This document shows, piece by piece, positions 47,346 to 51,213 of a DNA stretch of 51,213 bases. The DNA is taken from assembly GCA_964619725.1 (NCBI GenBank), contig CAZUFC010000058.1:1-51213 (forward strand), in the 5' to 3' direction. A model generated the notes under the pieces. It saw only the letters and a list, made by a program, of their open reading frames with translations, searched no databases and was not told the origin of the DNA. The first letter of the stretch is position 1, and each line of letters starts with the position of its first letter. Source of the stretch: an uncultured bacterium (GTDB lineage Bacteria > CSSED10-310 > CAZUFC01). A program made the position numbers and the translations under genes.

Positions 47346-47437
47346 CTGAAATAAAATGTCATTCGTTTTGAAAAAAGTGTAACCCCGCTTTAATCAGTGC
47401 TGAAAATCCTGATCCCGTTTTATCTTAAAAACTCAGC

Positions 47438-47473
47438 TTGACAGAAAATTCAAATTTTTTTTACAATCTGTCA
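47438..47473 (+). promoter_or_regulatory. sigma70-type promoter with overlapping inverted repeat
   Basis: TTGACA (47438-47443), 18-nt spacer, TACAAT (47462-47467); inverted repeat TGACAGA (47439-47445) / TCTGTCA (47467-47473). Confidence 0.65.
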
Positions 47474-47713
47474 TTATTCGGGAACGCTGCAATGATTCTG
47501 CAAAGTTTTCTTGCGGTCGTTTTCGTTGAGATGAACGGTGATGAGACAAAATGAGTTTATTGTTTTGTTGGTGAGAGATTCCGAGTTATACAATTGATTT
47601 GCCGATTCAGCCTGAAATGCGGAATCTGATAATGGAGAAACAAAGGACAACTTTCATTATTTCGATTTTTTAACGCAGGGTCAGTGGTATAAGGGCTTTG
47701 CAGGGAGGCATTC

Positions 47714-48988
47714 ATGGAGAATGAACTACGGGAAAAGTTAAAAATTTCAGGAACTCGTCTGGATGAAATAAACGCAATTCTGTTGGATCCGGAGAGCCGA
47801 ATCGTAGATGATTTTTTAGAAGTAACGTCGAAGTATGGGACCCCGGAAGAAATAAACCGTAAAGCGGAAGAAGCCAGGTCTTTGCCGAGGCTGATGGAGC
47901 GGCTGAGGGAATTGGATTCGCCATATGTTAAGGATTTAGAATGGTTGCAGGAGCAGAGGGACCAGGGCCGTTTCATCAGCATAAGCGAATACCGCCGTAA
48001 GATACTCGGAGAAAAAGCCGGAGTTATGGATTTTAAAGAGCCTTTTGCGGTTACGCTTGAGATCAGCGCATTTCAATATTTTCAGTGGCTGAGGACTCAG
48101 GCCGAGCAGGCGTTGACTAACGGCGAGTTAATGCCTGGTCGTTTCATACGTGTAAGGAAGATGAAAGAGCAGGAGCAGGAAAACCAGGGAGAACTGGCAG
48201 CAACGGCGGCAGCCATGCAGATAATGGGCTCCAGCTATGTGGAGACCCTGGATACCAAGGGAACGGACGGTTCCAACGTTCACCTGGGCGGTCCCGAAAC
48301 CATTACCGGATATTTCGGCGGAGTAGGCCAGCCCAATGAATATGCGTTGAAATGGCTTGACGAGTATCTTCATTATCACACGAAGTACGGCATCACCCAG
48401 GTCCTCAATATTAATCCGGGAACGGTGCTTCTTGGTTATATGCTTCATAAGATAGGAGTGAATATAGAGTTCAAAATTTCCGTGTACATGGGTAACGATA
48501 ATCCTTATGCTGCCCTGTGGACCCTTATCGGAGCCAAGTTGTTTTCCCGGGACGACGGCACCACGCCTCTCATCGGATTCAACTGGAGCAATTCCGTAAA
48601 CAATGAAACAATGGAAATAACCGCGGTGGTCCGGGAAAAATTGAATCTGGAAAACATAGTCCGCTTCGAACATCACATAACGGAAACCTGGAAGTCCATC
48701 GTGCGTCAACCGTATAACAGGCGTGATGAGCTGGTGGAAGTTGCGGATCATGTAGCCAACATATCGGCGAAACACGAGGGCGGAGACATAGAAGTCGAAC
48801 AACAAAGAGAGCATCCCTCGGATATTCTCGAATATTTCCTGGATAAAAAAGAAATTATCGAATCCGGATTAATGCCGTCCTTACTGCGTAATTATCTGGA
48901 TAAACACGACGCTCTGAATCTAACGGCAAAAGCCCTGACGGAAAGAGGACTGTCATTTAAAGCTGCTCAAAAACTTCATAAGCCGTAA
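47714..48988 (+). CDS. Hypothetical enzyme-like cytoplasmic protein
   Basis: 424-aa ORF with GGGAGG RBS; Gly-rich loop ETLDTKGTDGSNVHLGGPETITGYFGGVGQPN, RFEHHITE and AKHEGG motifs; no assignable function. Confidence 0.85.
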   Translation: MENELREKLKISGTRLDEINAILLDPESRIVDDFLEVTSKYGTPEEINRKAEEARSLPRLMERLRELDSPYVKDLEWLQEQRDQGRFISISEYRRKILGEKAGVMDFKEPFAVTLEISAFQYFQWLRTQAEQALTNGELMPGRFIRVRKMKEQEQENQGELAATAAAMQIMGSSYVETLDTKGTDGSNVHLGGPETITGYFGGVGQPNEYALKWLDEYLHYHTKYGITQVLNINPGTVLLGYMLHKIGVNIEFKISVYMGNDNPYAALWTLIGAKLFSRDDGTTPLIGFNWSNSVNNETMEITAVVREKLNLENIVRFEHHITETWKSIVRQPYNRRDELVEVADHVANISAKHEGGDIEVEQQREHPSDILEYFLDKKEIIESGLMPSLLRNYLDKHDALNLTAKALTERGLSFKAAQKLHKP

Positions 48989-49134
48989 AGAATGTTGAGT
49001 TTTTTTGTCCCTGTGACGTTCATCAAAATGAGGAAGCGTCGTTATCTTCAGGCAGAGAAAATTTTTTAAAGTAAAAAGCTGAAAAGAATGCGAATATTTC
49101 GCCTTGTGCTGCGGAATATGACGGAGGTGAAGGA

Positions 49135-50385
49135 ATGATTGACATAAAAAAATTACGGGCATCCCCTGATGCCTTTAAAGAGAGCCTGAAAGGGAAAAGG
49201 TATTCTCCGGAAACCCTGGACAGGATACTTGAAATGGACGAAAAATGGCGAGAGATGAGGTCCGAGGTGGATGAGCTGCGGGCGTTGAAAAACCGGGTTT
49301 CTTCCGAAATTCCTAAGGCTGCGGATGCAGAGAGGGATAAATTGATCAAAGATATGAAAGAGGTTTCTGCCGACCTGAAGGAAAAGGAACCGGAATTGAA
49401 AGAACTGAATCAGGAAATTCAGTCGCTTCTGATTCACATCCCCAATCCTCCTCATGAATCCGTACCTGAAGGAAAAGTTGAAGAGGAGAATAAGGAGATA
49501 AAGGCGTCGGGTGAAAAGCCTGAGTTCAATTTTGAGCCTAAAGACCATTTGGAGCTGGGCGAAAAATTGGGGTTGATTGATGTGACCAGGGCCGCGAAAG
49601 TTTCCGGCACCCGTTTCGGATACCTTATGAGAGAAGCTGCCCTGATGGAGTTTGCCCTGATTCGTTATTCTCTGAAAGTACTTCTTGAAGCCGGTTTCAT
49701 ACCCGTAATTCCTCCCGCTATGGTTCGCGAACAGGCCATGTTCGGTACGGGTTTCTTTCCCGCTGATGAATTCGAGATATATAAAATAGAAGGAGAGGAT
49801 CATTATCTAGTAGGCACCTCAGAAGTGTCTCTGGCGGCATATCATGCCGATGAAATCCTGGATTTCGATCAACTTCCCGTTCGAATGACAGGATTCTCCA
49901 CCTGCTACAGGAAAGAAGCGGGAAGTTACGGAAAGGATACGCGGGGAATCTTTCGCGTTCATCAGTTTGATAAGGTGGAAATGTTCTCCTTTACGGACCC
50001 GGAAAAATCGTGGGAAGAGCATGAATTGCTCCTGAGCCTGGAAGAAAAAATAATAAAAGGTCTCGGCTTGCCCTACAGGGTAGTCAATGTGTGTACCGGC
50101 GAACTGGGCGCTCCCGCTGCTAAAAAATACGACATCGAAGCCTGGTTTCCCGGACAGAACCGGTACAGAGAACTGACCTCGTGCAGCAACTGTACCGATT
50201 TCCAGGCCCGGCGTTTAAACATCAGAACCAGAACCGCCGGGAAAAACGTCATGGTCCATACGCTTAACGGCACAGCCGTCGCCATAGGCCGCACACTGAT
50301 CGCCCTTATCGAAAACGGCCAGCAGGAAGACGGGTCCGTACAATGGCCTGACGTCTTAAAAAAATACAGCATTATCGCTGATTGA
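49135..50385 (+). CDS. serS: Serine--tRNA ligase
   Basis: N-terminal coiled-coil arm, IPNPPHESVP.G, LVGTSEV, CYRKEAGSYGKDTRGIFRVHQFDKVEMF, KKYDIEAWFP, ELTSCSNCTDFQARRL, HTLNGTA. Confidence 0.98.
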   Translation: MIDIKKLRASPDAFKESLKGKRYSPETLDRILEMDEKWREMRSEVDELRALKNRVSSEIPKAADAERDKLIKDMKEVSADLKEKEPELKELNQEIQSLLIHIPNPPHESVPEGKVEEENKEIKASGEKPEFNFEPKDHLELGEKLGLIDVTRAAKVSGTRFGYLMREAALMEFALIRYSLKVLLEAGFIPVIPPAMVREQAMFGTGFFPADEFEIYKIEGEDHYLVGTSEVSLAAYHADEILDFDQLPVRMTGFSTCYRKEAGSYGKDTRGIFRVHQFDKVEMFSFTDPEKSWEEHELLLSLEEKIIKGLGLPYRVVNVCTGELGAPAAKKYDIEAWFPGQNRYRELTSCSNCTDFQARRLNIRTRTAGKNVMVHTLNGTAVAIGRTLIALIENGQQEDGSVQWPDVLKKYSIIAD

Positions 50386-50394
50386 TTCCTCCCT

Positions 50395-51087
50395 ATGAGC
50401 ACTTCAAAATCAGATCATCAGGGTCATCGGAAAAGATTAAAACAAAAATTTGAAAAGGCGGGTTTGAGCGGCTTCCTGGACCACGAAATCCTCGAATTTC
50501 TCCTTACATTCTCCATTCCCCGAAAAGATACCAAACCCGCCGCTAAAGCCCTGCTGGACCGCTTCAAAAACATTAATGCCGTTCTCGATGCCGATATACG
50601 GAAATTAACCCGCGTCCCGGGCATCGGCGCCAATTCCGGCTTGTTGATTAAATTCGTTAAAGCGCTCTGCGAGAAATACCTGGAATGCAAAATGCAAAAA
50701 CAAGACGTCCTGAATTCTCCAGAAGCCGTTCTCGACTTCGCCCGAATGAAATTGGAGGGCAGCCCTTCCGAAATCTTTGCAGTAATTTATCTTAACACGA
50801 AAAATGAAGTTCTCGGCTTTGAAACAATTCAGGAAGGCATTGTAGATCGCTCCATAGTTTATCCCCGAAAACTTGTCGAAAAATGCTTTGAGCAAAACGC
50901 AGCGGGCCTGATTCTGATTCATAATCATCCGAGCGGACACCCCGAACCCTCATCCGCTGATAAAAAACTGACTGCAGAAATCGTTAAGGTGATGAAATCA
51001 GTTGAAATACGGGTTCTTGATCACCTTATAATAGGCAAACACGGTTATTTCAGCTTCCTGGAGAACAATCTCATCCGCTCCGCTTGA
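50395..51087 (+). CDS. radC: RadC family JAB-domain protein
   Basis: GHRKRL, EILEFLL....PRKDTK..AK.LL.RF, HhH VPGIG, VYPR, HNHPSG.PEPS.AD, VLDHLIIG. Confidence 0.95.
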   Translation: MSTSKSDHQGHRKRLKQKFEKAGLSGFLDHEILEFLLTFSIPRKDTKPAAKALLDRFKNINAVLDADIRKLTRVPGIGANSGLLIKFVKALCEKYLECKMQKQDVLNSPEAVLDFARMKLEGSPSEIFAVIYLNTKNEVLGFETIQEGIVDRSIVYPRKLVEKCFEQNAAGLILIHNHPSGHPEPSSADKKLTAEIVKVMKSVEIRVLDHLIIGKHGYFSFLENNLIRSA

Positions 51088-51213
51088 ATCTTAAATTCCT
51101 TCTGTCCGTTAACGGAGTTTTTGTCCATAAACGGCGAATTTTCCCCAATACTGCGTCAGGCTGCGGATTTGCTCAGTCAACGTATATGCATTACCCCTGC
51201 CTCGCAAATCCTT

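Noticed and set aside
48989..49134. T-box leader upstream of serS
   Set aside because: No T-box consensus (GGTGGNACC-like) or terminator/antiterminator, and the region is short.
48128..49803. Long antisense ORFs (228 aa and 216 aa) opposite the hypothetical gene and serS
   Set aside because: Shadow frames of well-supported + strand genes, with no motifs.
50395..51087. radC as marker of a mobile or anti-restriction element
   Set aside because: Full-length form with N-terminal HhH region, directly after serS; looks like the chromosomal type rather than the short JAB-only mobile type.

Overview
Bacterial genomic window from a diderm organism (complete tol-pal operon); the taxon cannot be assigned from sequence alone. 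It has two parts. (1) 1-11.2 kb looks accessory and decaying. It holds a four-helix-bundle pseudogene enclosed by an inverted pair of heptamer arrays, a gamma-glutamylcyclotransferase gene, a TIR-domain gene truncated at a REP-like palindrome, a ~185 bp MITE-like hairpin, a beta-helix protein fragment and an orphan AAGGGAC tandem repeat. It also holds one ~7.9 kb surface-protein gene: a duplicated module of 10 FG-GAP repeats plus FN3, then CARDB, Pro/Thr linkers and an IPTL-CTERM-like anchor, split by a single frameshift near 6604. (2) 11.3-51.2 kb is mostly core genes: acnA, a metallophosphoesterase, tolQ-tolR-tolA-tolB-pal-cpoB, rodZ-like, GT4 plus methyltransferase, a GH15 homologue with degenerate catalytic motifs, recD2, an aspartate aminotransferase, an S1 homologue with a long acidic N-terminus behind an intact four-helix-bundle gene, an S9 peptidase, a REC-GGDEF/HEAT/mtaB/membrane-protein operon, a TPR/O-antigen ligase/priming glycosyltransferase/SGNH cluster, a hypothetical, serS and radC. 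I saw no rRNA, tRNA, CRISPR array or intact transposase/integrase. All family calls come from motif recognition by eye, not database searches.
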